The translations under genes and the position numbers were made by a program. From the NCBI GenBank assembly GCA_964291675.2, contig OZ219866.1, forward strand, positions 1,376,001 through 1,440,000: a stretch of DNA of 64,000 nucleotides, in the 5' to 3' direction. Shown here in pieces: positions 28,341-38,162 of this stretch. This stretch comes from Alphaproteobacteria bacterium. GTDB lineage: Bacteria > Pseudomonadota > Alphaproteobacteria > MPNO01. The notes below the pieces were generated by a model. The model saw only the letters and a list, made by a program, of their open reading frames with translations. It searched no databases and was not told where the DNA came from. Each line of letters begins with the position of its first letter. The stretch's first letter is position 1.

Positions 28341-28462
28341 CGCGCCCCCCCGTGGTTCCAGGCCGAAGTCTGGCGCAGATGGCGGGGCGCGACAAGCGGA
28401 GCCTGAGCTTGTCTCGCCGCCGCCGGCCCCACAGAATGCCCGCCGAGAGGGAGGGCAGGGAA

Positions 28463-29341
28463 ATGGCCGAGGCGATCTACCGCGACTTCCGCGACAGGGA
28501 CTCGCTCTACGCGCAGTACGACAACCGGAGCATGATCGCGGCCGAGGCGCTGGAGGCGATCAAGGCGCGCCAGGCCGAGCGGTCGGATGCCTGCCGCGCC
28601 GGCGCGGGACGCTCGGCGCTCGACCTCGCCTATGGCGCGCACCGGCGCGAGCGGCTCGACCTGTTCCTGCCCGCGGCCGACGGCGCGCCGCTGTTCGCCT
28701 TCATCCACGGCGGCTACTGGCAGTGGAACGACAAGGAGCCCTTCGCCTTCCTCGGCGAGCGCCTGGTGCCGGCGGGGGCGGCCTTCGCCAACATCGAATA
28801 CGCGCTCTGCCCGGCGGTGACGCTGACCGAGCTGACCGCGCAGATCCGCCGCGCCGTGGCCTATCTGTGGCGCGAGGCCCCGCGCTTCGGCTACGACCGC
28901 GAGCGCATCGTGGTCTCCGGCCATTCGGCGGGCGGGCATCTGACGGCGATGGCGATGGCGACCGACTGGCCCGCCTTCGCCGACGACCTGCCCGCCGGGG
29001 TGGTGGCGGCGGGCCTGCCGATCAGCGGCGTCTACGACATCGAGCCGCTGCGCCACACCCCGCTCAACGACGCCGTGCGCATGGACGCGGCGGAGGCGCG
29101 CGCGTTGAGCCCGATCTTCCTCGATCCCGCGACGACGGCGCCGATGGCGGTGGTGGCGGGCGGCGAGGAGTCCGACGAGTTCCGCCGCCAGGCGCGCGAC
29201 TTCGCCGCGGAATGGGCGGGGCACGGGGTCGAGGCGGAGGTGCTGATCGTCCCCGGCACCGACCATTTCACCGTGCTCGACACCCTCGCCGAGCCCGGCC
29301 ATCCGACCCTTGCCGCCGCGCTGAGGCTGCTCGGGATCTGA
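28463..29341 (+). CDS. Alpha/beta hydrolase (kynurenine formamidase-like)
   Basis: FIHGGYWQ, SGHSAGGHL, ISGVYD, ESDEFRRQ, DHF. Confidence 0.9.
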   Translation: MAEAIYRDFRDRDSLYAQYDNRSMIAAEALEAIKARQAERSDACRAGAGRSALDLAYGAHRRERLDLFLPAADGAPLFAFIHGGYWQWNDKEPFAFLGERLVPAGAAFANIEYALCPAVTLTELTAQIRRAVAYLWREAPRFGYDRERIVVSGHSAGGHLTAMAMATDWPAFADDLPAGVVAAGLPISGVYDIEPLRHTPLNDAVRMDAAEARALSPIFLDPATTAPMAVVAGGEESDEFRRQARDFAAEWAGHGVEAEVLIVPGTDHFTVLDTLAEPGHPTLAAALRLLGI

Positions 29342-29354
29342 CGCGGCGGCGCGG

Positions 29355-29410
29355 CTAATGTTTCACGTGAAACAATGGTCAACCTTGTTGACCTATCCAT
29401 CGCGTGAAGA
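29355..29410. promoter_or_regulatory. 56-bp element with a perfect parS (29359-29374) and palindrome GGTCAAC-N3-GTTGACC (29377-29393)
   Basis: TGTTTCACGTGAAACA; inverted relative to 22979-23034, 5 mismatches in 56 bp. Confidence 0.9.
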
Positions 29411-29485
29411 GCTTGCCGCAAACCGTAAGGAGTGCGGGAGAAACCGCGGCTCGGCCCGGATCCGGCGCCGCGTCCCCCGGGGTCG

Positions 29486-30226
29486 CTACCCGCCCGGCAG
29501 CAGCGCCCGTTCCACGGCGCGCCGCAAGCGCCGCGTCCACGGCGCCTCGCCCGCGCCCATGCGCCCGAGCGCGTGCCGGGCGTATCGGTTGCCCTGCCGG
29601 GCGGCGCGGCGGAACCAGCCGATCGCCGCTTCCCGGTCGGGCGGCACGCCGCGGCCGCGGGCGTAGCAGTATCCGAGCCCGGCCTGGGCGTCGGCGTCGC
29701 CCTGCTCGGCGGCGCGGCGGAACCATCCGACGGCCGCTTCGTCGTCGCGCGCCAGCCCCATGCCGTGCAGGTACATGCCGCCGAGCTGGAACTGCGCCCT
29801 GGCGAAGCCCTGCTCGGCGGCGCGCCGGAACCACCTTGCGGCCTCGGCCGCGTCGCGCCGCACCCCGGCGCCCCGTCCGTATAGCCGCGCCAGGTTGTAC
29901 TGCGCCTTGTACAGCCCGCGATCCGCGGCCCGGCGGTACCACGCCGCGGCCCGGCGCGGATCCGCGGCGACGCCCCGGCCGAGCTCGTACATGATTCCGA
30001 GCCGGTTCTGGGCGTCGGGCTCGCCCGCCTCGGCGTGCGGAGCGAGCAGGTCGAGCGCCGCGGCGTAGTCGCCGCGCTGCAACGCGGCGCGGCCCTTTTC
30101 CAGCGTCCCCGCCGGGCCCTCCGACGCCGCCGGCAGGCGCACCGCCGCGAGCAGCAGCAGCGCCGCCGCCGCCACATACGGCCAGGCGGCCGGCCGCCTC
30201 GACCCTCCGTGCCGCTCGTCTTCCAA
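29486..30226 (-). CDS. Sel1-like repeat protein with N-terminal hydrophobic segment
   Basis: Four repeats such as AQNRLGIMYELGRGV and WFRRAAEQG; start uncertain. Confidence 0.9.
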   Translation of the reverse strand: MEDERHGGSRRPAAWPYVAAAALLLLAAVRLPAASEGPAGTLEKGRAALQRGDYAAALDLLAPHAEAGEPDAQNRLGIMYELGRGVAADPRRAAAWYRRAADRGLYKAQYNLARLYGRGAGVRRDAAEAARWFRRAAEQGFARAQFQLGGMYLHGMGLARDDEAAVGWFRRAAEQGDADAQAGLGYCYARGRGVPPDREAAIGWFRRAARQGNRYARHALGRMGAGEAPWTRRLRRAVERALLPGG

Positions 30227-30435
30227 CCGCGCCTCCCGGGCTGCCGAACCGCGTGCGCCGCCGGTGCGCCACGGGCGGCGGCAGTCCTACCGCGTTTCGC
30301 GAATCCGCGCCCGCCTTCCGCCGCCCCGGGGCGATATGCCGCAGCGCCCGCCCGGCGGCGACCGGTCATGCTCGAAGCGCGCGGGGCGGGACTCCCCGGC
30401 GTGCCGGGTCGATGGACAGCGGGAGAGGACGAGCG

Positions 30436-32250
30436 ATGGAACGGAGGCCGCCAGGGAACCCGGCGGGCGGGATGAACGGCGGGCGCCGCCTTCCCGCGGC
30501 CCGGCTCGCGGCGCTGCTCGCGCTGGCCCTCTGGGCGGGGGACGCGAGGGCGCAGTCGACCGCCCAGGTCGGCAATGTGGGGCAGACCGAAAGCGCCGCC
30601 AGCGGTCTCGATTCGCTGGACGTCGCCCAGAAGTTCACCACCGGGCCGAACGTCGGGGGCTACACCCTGACCGGCGTCGATCTGCGGCTTGCCGCGCTTA
30701 CCGGCCAGGCCACCGACTCCGCCGCCCCCCGGGTGACGGTGGTCCGGGGGGCGCCCGCGGGGGCCGGCTCGGTCGTCGTCGCCACGCTCGCCGCCCGGAC
30801 GCCGGCGGTATCCGACGGCACGAGCGCCACCTACAGCTTCGCGGCGCCGGCGAACACCCCGCTGCGTCCGTCGACGGACCACTGGGTGGTGGTCGAAGCG
30901 GCGACCCGCGGAGGCGGCGATGTACAGGTCTCCGCCACCGCCTCGGATGCGGAGGACGGCACCCCCGCGGCGGGCTGGAGCGTGGGCGACGGCGCGTTGA
31001 CCCGAAGCCGCCTCTCGACCGGGGCCTTCGACGCGCAAACCCATTCCTTCATGATCCGCGTCAACGGCAGCACCAGGACCAACACGCCCGCCACCGGCAA
31101 GCCGGCTGTCTCGGGCCCCGCGGCCCTGGGCCGCCGCCTGGAGGCGGACCGGGGCAGCGTCGCGGACCGCGACGGGGTGCCGGCCGCGTTCGCCTACCAG
31201 TGGGTCCGGGTCGACGGAACGGTCGAGTCCGATATCCCGGATGCGACCTCGCGCGCCTACCGGCTGGAGGAAGCCGATGTGGGCAAGACGGTCAAGGCGA
31301 GGCTGTCCTTCACCGACGATGCGGGAAACATGGAGTCGCGCACCAGCGACGCGTTCCCGGCGGCCGGGACCGTCCGGCCACCGCCGCCGCACGGCCTCGC
31401 GGGCCGGGCGCTGGTCGGCAATCTGGGACAGGCCGGGGCCGGCTCCGACGTCTTCGCCGCTTACGACATGGCCCAGAAGTTCACCACCGGCGCGAACGGC
31501 GCGGGCTACGCCCTGACCGGCGTCCTGCTGCGGCTGACCGCCGCCGGGTTCGACCGCGCGCCGCCCGCGGCGCGCGTGGTCGCCGGGGCGCCGGCGGGCA
31601 GCGACTCGGTGGCGGTCGCCACGCTCGCCGCCCGGACGTCGCCGGTGCCCGGCAGCGCGACATCCAACATCGCCTACGCCGCGCCGCCGGACACCGTGCT
31701 GGACCCGTCGACCGACTACTGGGTGGTGGTCGAAGGGGGCGGCGCCGGCGCGGACTACCTGTCGTTCCAGCTCACCCTCTCGGACTCGGAGGACTCCGGC
31801 TCCGCGGCCGGCTGGAGCGTCGACGACGCGGGGTCGAGACGAGCCGCCGGCTCCGCCGGCGGCTTCGCCCGGAGATCGCACGGCGCCTCCTACATGATCG
31901 GCATCTTCGGCACCGCCCGGACCGCGCGCACCCGCCCCGCCCCGCCCCGCGTCGCCGGGCCGCCCACCGCGGCGGACGCATCGGTGCGCATCCGCGCGGG
32001 CGCCGCCTACGCGTTCCGGGCGGGCGACTTCAACTTCGCCGGGGCCCCCGGCCGCGGCCTCGCGAGCGTCAGGATCGAGACCCTGCCCGCCCCGGACCGG
32101 GGCGCGCTGACGCTCGGCGGCAACGCCGTCGCGGCGGGGCAGGAGGTCGCGCGCGGCGCCATCGACGCGGGCGATCTGCGATTCGTCCCGCCGGCGGGCG
32201 CCGCGCGCGAGGGCGCGGCGAGCTTCACCTTCAAGGTGAGCGACGGGAGC
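30436..32250 (+). pseudogene. Truncated paralogue of the downstream autotransporter (frame reads on through repeats to 32781)
   Basis: Colinear with 33015-37319 (signal peptide, two AQKFTTG domains, one Ig-like repeat); homology stops at FTFKVSDG; no beta-barrel. Confidence 0.8.
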
Positions 32251-32253
32251 GGA

Positions 32254-32900
32254 GATCCGGGCACCCACTGTCGCCACCGCGCCTCCCGCCCGTTCCCCCC
32301 CCTCGTCATGCCCGGACTTGATCCGGGCACCCATGCGGCCTATCGGCGCGCACGGCGGGCCGTGGGGAGGCGTGGCGGCGCCGGTGGGTGGCCGGATCAA
32401 GTCCGGCCATGGGTGCCCGGATCAAGTCCGGGCATGACGGGGTGGGGAGTAGCGGGGGAGTCGGTGGAGCAACGGGGAGAAGGAGCGGGGGCCGGACGCC
32501 ACGGGGGGCGGCGCGGTGGAACCTGCGGCGCGCCCACCGGCGACCCCCGGCGGCGCGCCCGAGCGCCCGAACGCTCCCCATGCTTCCATGCCTCCCCACC
32601 TCGTCATGCACCCCCCGCCCGTTCACCCCCCCTCGTCATGCCCGGACTTGATCCGGGCACCCATGCAGCCTCTCGGCGCGCACAACGGCCCGTGGGGCGG
32701 GTGGCGGCAGTGGGTGGCCGGATCATCCCCGGACTCGATCCGGGGACCGGCCATGGGTGCCCGGATCAAGTCCGGGCATGACGAGGGGGGTGCATGACGG
32801 GGTGGGGAGTAGCGGGAGTGTCGGTGGCGTAACGGGGAGATGGAGCGGGGGCCGGGCGCCACGGGGGCGGCGCGGTGGAACCTGCGGCGGGCGTGCCGGC
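32254..32900. repeat. Tandem pair of composite family B (REPIN-like) elements
   Basis: Units ~32284-32545 and ~32614-32900 share GTCATGCCCGGACTTGATCCGGGCACCCA, its inverse, and GGGGTGGGGAGTAGCGGG...GGCGCGGTGGAACCTGCGGCG. Confidence 0.9.
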
Positions 32901-33014
32901 GCCGATCATTCATATCAAATTCGCATGTTATGATGACTTTTCGGTGTGGCTGGTCTATGGATGACGGGGCCGGCTCGCCGGCGGATGCGCCACGACCGCG
33001 AGAGAGGACGAGAG

Positions 33015-36000
33015 ATGGGACGGATGCTTTTCGGCAACACCGCGGACGCGACGGGCGGCGGGCGCCGCCCCTCCCCGGCCTGGCTCGCGCCGCTGCTGGT
33101 CCTCGCCCTCTGGGCGGCGGACGCGAAGGCGCAGACGGTCGCGCTGGTCGGCAATGTGGGGCAGTCCGGGACCGAGGGCGTCAGCCTCGGCGTCTGGGAC
33201 CTTGCCCAGAAGTTCACGACCGGAACGAACAGCGCCGGCTACGACCTGACCAGCGTCGAAGTACATCTGTTCACCAACGCCAACCTGGGTACCGACACCG
33301 CCGCCCCCCGGGTGCGCGTGGTCCGCGGGGCGGCGACGGGAACCGGCTCGGAGCCGGTCGCGACGCTGACCGCCGCGACGACGACGCTACCTGCCACCGC
33401 GCGGGCCAACTACACGTATACGGCGCCTACGCCGCCGCAGGGCATCGTGCTGCGCGCGTCGACCGACTACTGGGTGGTGGTCGAAGCAGCCTCCAGCGGC
33501 GGCGGCGACGTACACTTCTTCAACACCAATTCGAATGCGGAGGACGGCACCCCCGCGGCGGGCTGGAGCATCGACGATAGCGGGTTGCAACGAGCACACG
33601 ATTCGACCGGTGGCTTCGGCGCGGAAGATCGCGCCTACATGATCCGCGTCAACGGCAGCGTCAGGACCAACGTCCCCGCCACCGGCAAGCCGACGATCAC
33701 GGGCGTCGCGACCGTGGGCCGCCTGCTGCAGGCGAGCCGGGGCACCATCACGGACACCGAGGGGCTGCCCGCCGCGTTCGACTATCAGTGGATCCGGGTC
33801 GACGGGGCGACCGAGACCGACATCCAGGGCGCGGACTCGTCCACCTACCGGCTGGTCGACGCCGATGAGGGCAAGACGGTCAAGGTGAGGATGTCCTTCA
33901 CCGACCTTCGGGGCGGCATGGAATCGCGCACCAGCGACGCGTTTCCGTCGAGCGGGACCGTCCAGGCCGCGCCCGTCATCGTCGGCGGTCTCCATGTGAC
34001 CAATCTGGGGCAGGCCCGGGGCGGCGCCGACACTTTCGACCGGTTCGATGCCGCCCAGAAGTTCACCACCGGCACCAACGCCGGCGGCTACACGCTGAGC
34101 AGCGTCGACCTGCGGCTGGAGGTCGCCTCTCCCAATGTCTCGCACCCCGCGGTGAAGGTGGTCAAGGGGGCGCCGGCGGGCGAGGACTCGGAGGATGTCG
34201 CCACGCTCACCCCCCGGAGCAGGAACTTGATTGCGCATGCGGCCAACTTCGCCAGCTTCGGCGCGCCGCCGGGCATCAGGCTGGACCCGTCGACCGACTA
34301 CTGGGTGGTGGTCGAACGCAGCGGCGGCGACGCCATCCATCTGGCCTTGTCGGTCACCGCGTCGGATGCGGAGGACGGCAGCTCCGCGGCGGACTGGAGC
34401 ATCGCCGACACGGCCTTGTGGCGGGCCGCCGACTCCACCGGCGCGTTCGAGCGGAGGGTTCGCGGCGTGTCCTACATGATCCGCGTCGACGCCGTCGCCG
34501 GGGCCGCCGCCGGCGCGCCGACCGCCGCCGACGGCTCGGTGCGCACCCGCCCGGACACCGCGTACGCCTTCAGGGTGGACGATTTCGGCTATTCCGATCC
34601 CGACGGCGACGCGCTGGCGAGCGTGAAGATCGAGACCCTGCCCGCCTCCGGCAAGGGCGCGCTGACCCTCGACGGCAACGCCGTCGCCGCGGGGCAGGAC
34701 GTCGCCCGCGGCGACATCGAGGCGGGCGACCTGCAATACGCGCCGCCGGCGGGCGAGGCGGGCGAGGACTTCGCGAGCTTCACCTTCCGGGTGAACGACG
34801 GCACCGCCGACAGCGCGAACGCCGCCACCATGACCGTCCATGTCTCGACCGTCCAGGTCGAGAACGCGCCGCCGGTCGCCGCCGACGGCTCGGTGCGCAC
34901 CCGCCCGGACACCGGGTACGCCTTCAGGGTGGGCGATTTCGGCTATTCCGATCCCGACGGCGACGCGCTGGCGAGCGTGAAGATCGAGACCCTGCCCGCC
35001 TCCGGCAGGGGCACGCTGACGCTCGACGGCAGCGCCGTCACCGCGGGGCAGGCCGTCGCCCGCAGCGACATCGAGCTGGGCCGGCTGGAATACGCGCCGC
35101 CGGCGGGCGCGGCGGGCGAGAACCTGGCGAGCTTCACCTTCCGGGTGAGCGACGGCACCGCCGACAGCGCGAACGCCTACACCATGACCGTCCATGTCTC
35201 GACCGTCCGGGTCGAGAACGCGCCGCCGGTCGCCGCCGACGGCTCGGTGCGCATCGGCGCCGACGCCGAGTACGCCTTCAGGACGGGCGATTTCGGCTAT
35301 TCCGATGCCGACGGCGACGCGCTGGCGAACGTGAAGATCGAGACCCTGCCCGCTTCCGGCAGGGGCACGCTGACGCTCGGCGGCAGCGCCGTCGCGGCGG
35401 GGCAGGCCGTCGCCCGCAGCGACATCGAGGCGGGCAACCTGCGATACGCGCCGCCGGCGGGCGCGGCGGGCGAGGACTTCGCGAGCTTCACCTTCCGGGT
35501 GAGCGACGGGACCGTCGACAGCGCGGACGCCTACACCATGACCGTCCATGTCGGCAACCGGGCGCCGGTCGCCGCCGACGGCTCGGTGCGGATCGGCGCG
35601 GACACCGAATACGCCTTCAAGGTGGGCGATTTCGGCTATTCCGATGCCGACGGCGACGCGCTTGCCGGGATCGCGATCCGCACGCTGGCCGGCCTGCCGG
35701 CGGGAAGCGCGCTGCGGCTCGACGGCGCGCCGGTGAGGCCGGGCCAGGCCGTGACCCGGGCGCAGCTCGAGGCGGGCGGTCTGGTGTTCGTCCCGGAAGC
35801 GGGCGGGACGGGCAGCCCCTACGCGACGTTCTCCTTTACCGTGAGCGACGGGTTCGCGGACAGCGCGCCGGCCACGATGCGCGTCCATGTCGTCGGGCCG
35901 GGCGGCGAGCGGGCGGTCGGCGCCTGGGTGTCGCGCTTCGGGCGCACGGTGGCGGACCAGGTCGTGGCCGCGGTCGAGGGAAGGATGCGCGCCGCGCGGC

Positions 36001-37319
36001 GGCCGCAGGCGGAGGTGAGCCTCGCCGGCGGGCGGATCGGCCTGTTGCCGCCCCCGGGCGACGCCCGGGCGCCGGATCCCGGGGCGGAGCCCGCGCGGGC
36101 CGGCGCGACCCGGACCATGAGCGGCGGCGAGCTGCTGCTGGGCTCGTCCTTCGCGCTGACCGGCGCGGCGGCGGATGGCGGCTCGGCCGCGTTCTGGGGC
36201 GGCGCCGCGGTAACCCGCTTCGACGGGCGCGAGGACGGGCTCGCGGTCGACGGCGAGGTGACCGGCGCCATGCTGGGCGCCGACTGGCAGCGGGGAAGCT
36301 GGACCACCGGGCTCGTGGTCGCGCACAGCCAGGGCGAGGGCGGCTACCGCGAGGGCGGCGGCGGCGCGGCGCGCGGCTCCGTCGAGGCGACGCTGACCGG
36401 GCTCTACCCCTGGCTGCGGCTTGCGCCGGACGACCGGCTGGAGGCCTGGGGCGCGGCGGGCTACGGCGCCGGCGGGCTGCGGCTGGTGCCGGACGGCGGG
36501 GCGGCGACCCGCACCGACCTCGCCGCCTGGATGGCGGCGGCGGGGCTGCGCGGGGCGCTGCTCGACCCGGGCGGCGCGGGGCTGAGGCTGACCGCGAGGA
36601 CGGACGCCCTGTTCGCCGGCGCGTCGACCGACGCGGCGGGCTCGGGCGCCGGCCGGCTGGCGGCGGTCGAGGCCAGGGTCGCGCGGCTGCGGCTCGGGCT
36701 GGAGGGGGCGCTGCCGATGCGCCTCGGGCCGGGCTCGGCGCTGACGCCGGGGTTCGAGCTCGGCGCGCGCCATGACGGCGGCGACGCCGAGACCGGGCTC
36801 GGGGCGGATATCGGCGCGAGCCTCGCCTGGACCGACGCCGGGAGGGGGCTCTCGATGGAGCTCAGCGGGCGCGGGCTGCTGTCCCACAAGGCGAAGGGAT
36901 TCCGCGAGCGCGGCGTGTCGGCCGTCCTCCTGTGGCAGCCCGGGACGGACGCGCGCGGGCCGCGCCTCAGCCTCGCCCAGAGCCTCGGCGGCGCGTCGGC
37001 GGGCGGCGCCGCGGCGCTGCTCGGACGGACCACGCCGGCGACGCTCGCCAACCCCGGCGGGGGGGAGCTGAAGCGCCGCCGGCTGGAGGCGCGGCTGGGC
37101 TACGGCTTCGCCGCCTTCGGCAGCCGCTTCACCCTCACGCCGGAGGCCGGGTTCGGGCTGTCGCAGGCGGCGCGCGACTACAGGATCGGCTGGCGCCTGG
37201 CGCGGCGCCCCGGGCCGGGGCCCGGCTCGGCCGAGCTCTCCCTCGACGCGCGCCGCCGCGAGAGCGCCGCCGCGCCGCCGGTGCACGAGGGCAGGGTCCG
37301 GCTGACGGCGCGGTTCTGA
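33015..37319 (+). CDS. Autotransporter-like adhesin: two choice-of-anchor-R-like domains, four cadherin/Ig-like repeats, C-terminal beta-barrel
   Basis: Signal peptide, AQKFTTG..GY.L motifs, DFGYSDxDGD repeats, WVSRFGRTVA, LGARHDGGDAETG, terminal RF. Confidence 0.88.
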   Translation: MGRMLFGNTADATGGGRRPSPAWLAPLLVLALWAADAKAQTVALVGNVGQSGTEGVSLGVWDLAQKFTTGTNSAGYDLTSVEVHLFTNANLGTDTAAPRVRVVRGAATGTGSEPVATLTAATTTLPATARANYTYTAPTPPQGIVLRASTDYWVVVEAASSGGGDVHFFNTNSNAEDGTPAAGWSIDDSGLQRAHDSTGGFGAEDRAYMIRVNGSVRTNVPATGKPTITGVATVGRLLQASRGTITDTEGLPAAFDYQWIRVDGATETDIQGADSSTYRLVDADEGKTVKVRMSFTDLRGGMESRTSDAFPSSGTVQAAPVIVGGLHVTNLGQARGGADTFDRFDAAQKFTTGTNAGGYTLSSVDLRLEVASPNVSHPAVKVVKGAPAGEDSEDVATLTPRSRNLIAHAANFASFGAPPGIRLDPSTDYWVVVERSGGDAIHLALSVTASDAEDGSSAADWSIADTALWRAADSTGAFERRVRGVSYMIRVDAVAGAAAGAPTAADGSVRTRPDTAYAFRVDDFGYSDPDGDALASVKIETLPASGKGALTLDGNAVAAGQDVARGDIEAGDLQYAPPAGEAGEDFASFTFRVNDGTADSANAATMTVHVSTVQVENAPPVAADGSVRTRPDTGYAFRVGDFGYSDPDGDALASVKIETLPASGRGTLTLDGSAVTAGQAVARSDIELGRLEYAPPAGAAGENLASFTFRVSDGTADSANAYTMTVHVSTVRVENAPPVAADGSVRIGADAEYAFRTGDFGYSDADGDALANVKIETLPASGRGTLTLGGSAVAAGQAVARSDIEAGNLRYAPPAGAAGEDFASFTFRVSDGTVDSADAYTMTVHVGNRAPVAADGSVRIGADTEYAFKVGDFGYSDADGDALAGIAIRTLAGLPAGSALRLDGAPVRPGQAVTRAQLEAGGLVFVPEAGGTGSPYATFSFTVSDGFADSAPATMRVHVVGPGGERAVGAWVSRFGRTVADQVVAAVEGRMRAARRPQAEVSLAGGRIGLLPPPGDARAPDPGAEPARAGATRTMSGGELLLGSSFALTGAAADGGSAAFWGGAAVTRFDGREDGLAVDGEVTGAMLGADWQRGSWTTGLVVAHSQGEGGYREGGGGAARGSVEATLTGLYPWLRLAPDDRLEAWGAAGYGAGGLRLVPDGGAATRTDLAAWMAAAGLRGALLDPGGAGLRLTARTDALFAGASTDAAGSGAGRLAAVEARVARLRLGLEGALPMRLGPGSALTPGFELGARHDGGDAETGLGADIGASLAWTDAGRGLSMELSGRGLLSHKAKGFRERGVSAVLLWQPGTDARGPRLSLAQSLGGASAGGAAALLGRTTPATLANPGGGELKRRRLEARLGYGFAAFGSRFTLTPEAGFGLSQAARDYRIGWRLARRPGPGPGSAELSLDARRRESAAAPPVHEGRVRLTARF
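34527..35890 (+). repeat. Intragenic tandem repeats, 354/354/339-bp periodicity
   Basis: GCCGACGGCTCGGTGCG recurs at 34527, 34881, 35235 and 35574. Confidence 0.92.
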
Positions 37320-37327
37320 CCGTCGGC

Positions 37328-37436
37328 CGTCCTGCGATACGGCGCTACGCGCCTGCCCGGGATGAGGGCGGGGTCGAGCGGTCCGGGAAACTCCCCTCAT
37401 CCCGGGCAGCGCCCGCGGGGCGCGTATCGCGGGACG
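37328..37436. repeat. Family A variant with matched changes in both arms
   Basis: CGTCCTGCGATACG..CCTGCCCGGGATGAGG / CCTCATCCCGGGCAG..GCGTATCGCGGGACG. Confidence 0.85.
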
Positions 37437-37974
37437 CCGGCCGGTAAAACCCCTGCGCCTCGACCAGGAACGCGCGGTTGAGCCGGGCGCGGTAGTTCTC
37501 CATCGCCGCGGTGGCGGCGAGCTCGACGAGCTGGGCCTCGGAGAAGTGCGTCGCCGCCTCCGCGTAGACCGCGTCCGGCACCTCGGCCGGGGTTTGCGTG
37601 ATTCCCTCGGCGACGGCGAAGGCGGCCTTCTCGGCGGCGTCGAACAGGTCGCTGTCGCGCCAGGCGGCGACGGCGGCGATCTTCTCGTCGGTGCTTCCGG
37701 CGGCGCTGCTCCCGGCAGCGTTGGTGTCGATTCAGAACGGGCACTGGACGATCTGCGCGACGCGGACGCAGATCAGGTAGCGCAGATCGGCCGGCAGGGT
37801 GCCGCTGCGGGAAGGTGCCGCGCCGAGGATTTGCCCCGCCTTGAGGATCGGCGGGCAGCGCGCCTGGATTCCGGCGGTCGTCGTCGGCGCGCCCAACGCG
37901 CGGGCGGCCCGGTCCATCGCCTCGCGCGCCTCCCCGGGCGCCTCGTCGCGGGCCAGCGGCTTCAGTCTCGGCAT
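37345..37974 (-). CDS. AhpD/carboxymuconolactone-decarboxylase-family selenoprotein (CxxU; TGA at 37732-37734)
   Basis: One 630-nt frame: ..RVAQIVQ-C-P-F-TGA-IDTNAA..EKAAFAVAEGIT..HFSEAQLVEL..ENYRARLNRAF; hairpin 11 nt after the TGA. Confidence 0.85.
37704..37720 (-). promoter_or_regulatory. Putative bacterial SECIS hairpin
   Basis: CGCTGC-CGGGA-GCAGCG starting 11 nt 3' of the TGA, G among the first two loop positions. Confidence 0.7.
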
Positions 37975-38126
37975 GGCGGTCCCCCTCGCGGATGGCGGGG
38001 AGGATGGTAGAGCCCATGCGTCGTGGATGGAACCGCGGCCGCCCTTCGATAGGGGCTTATATGGATGGGTTGACGGGCGGTCGGCTGGCGCAGACCGCCG
38101 ACGGGAACGCCGCCCCGCCCCACCCC

Positions 38127-38147
38127 GTCATGCCCGGACTTGATCCG
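38127..38147. repeat. Family B half-site at the right end of IS110 copy 2
   Basis: GTCATGCCCGGACTTGATCCG; continues as GGCACCCA at 39526. Confidence 0.9.
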
Positions 38148-38162
38148 TCTATGGACGCCCCC

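Noticed and set aside
32254-32900. Possible CRISPR array
   Set aside because: Repeats alternate in orientation, the intervening sequences are homologous to each other, and no cas genes are present; fits REPIN-like elements.
37732-37734. Nonsense mutation / pseudogene reading of the CMD gene
   Set aside because: The TGA falls at the redox Cys position and is followed by a correctly spaced SECIS-like hairpin, so Sec is the better explanation.
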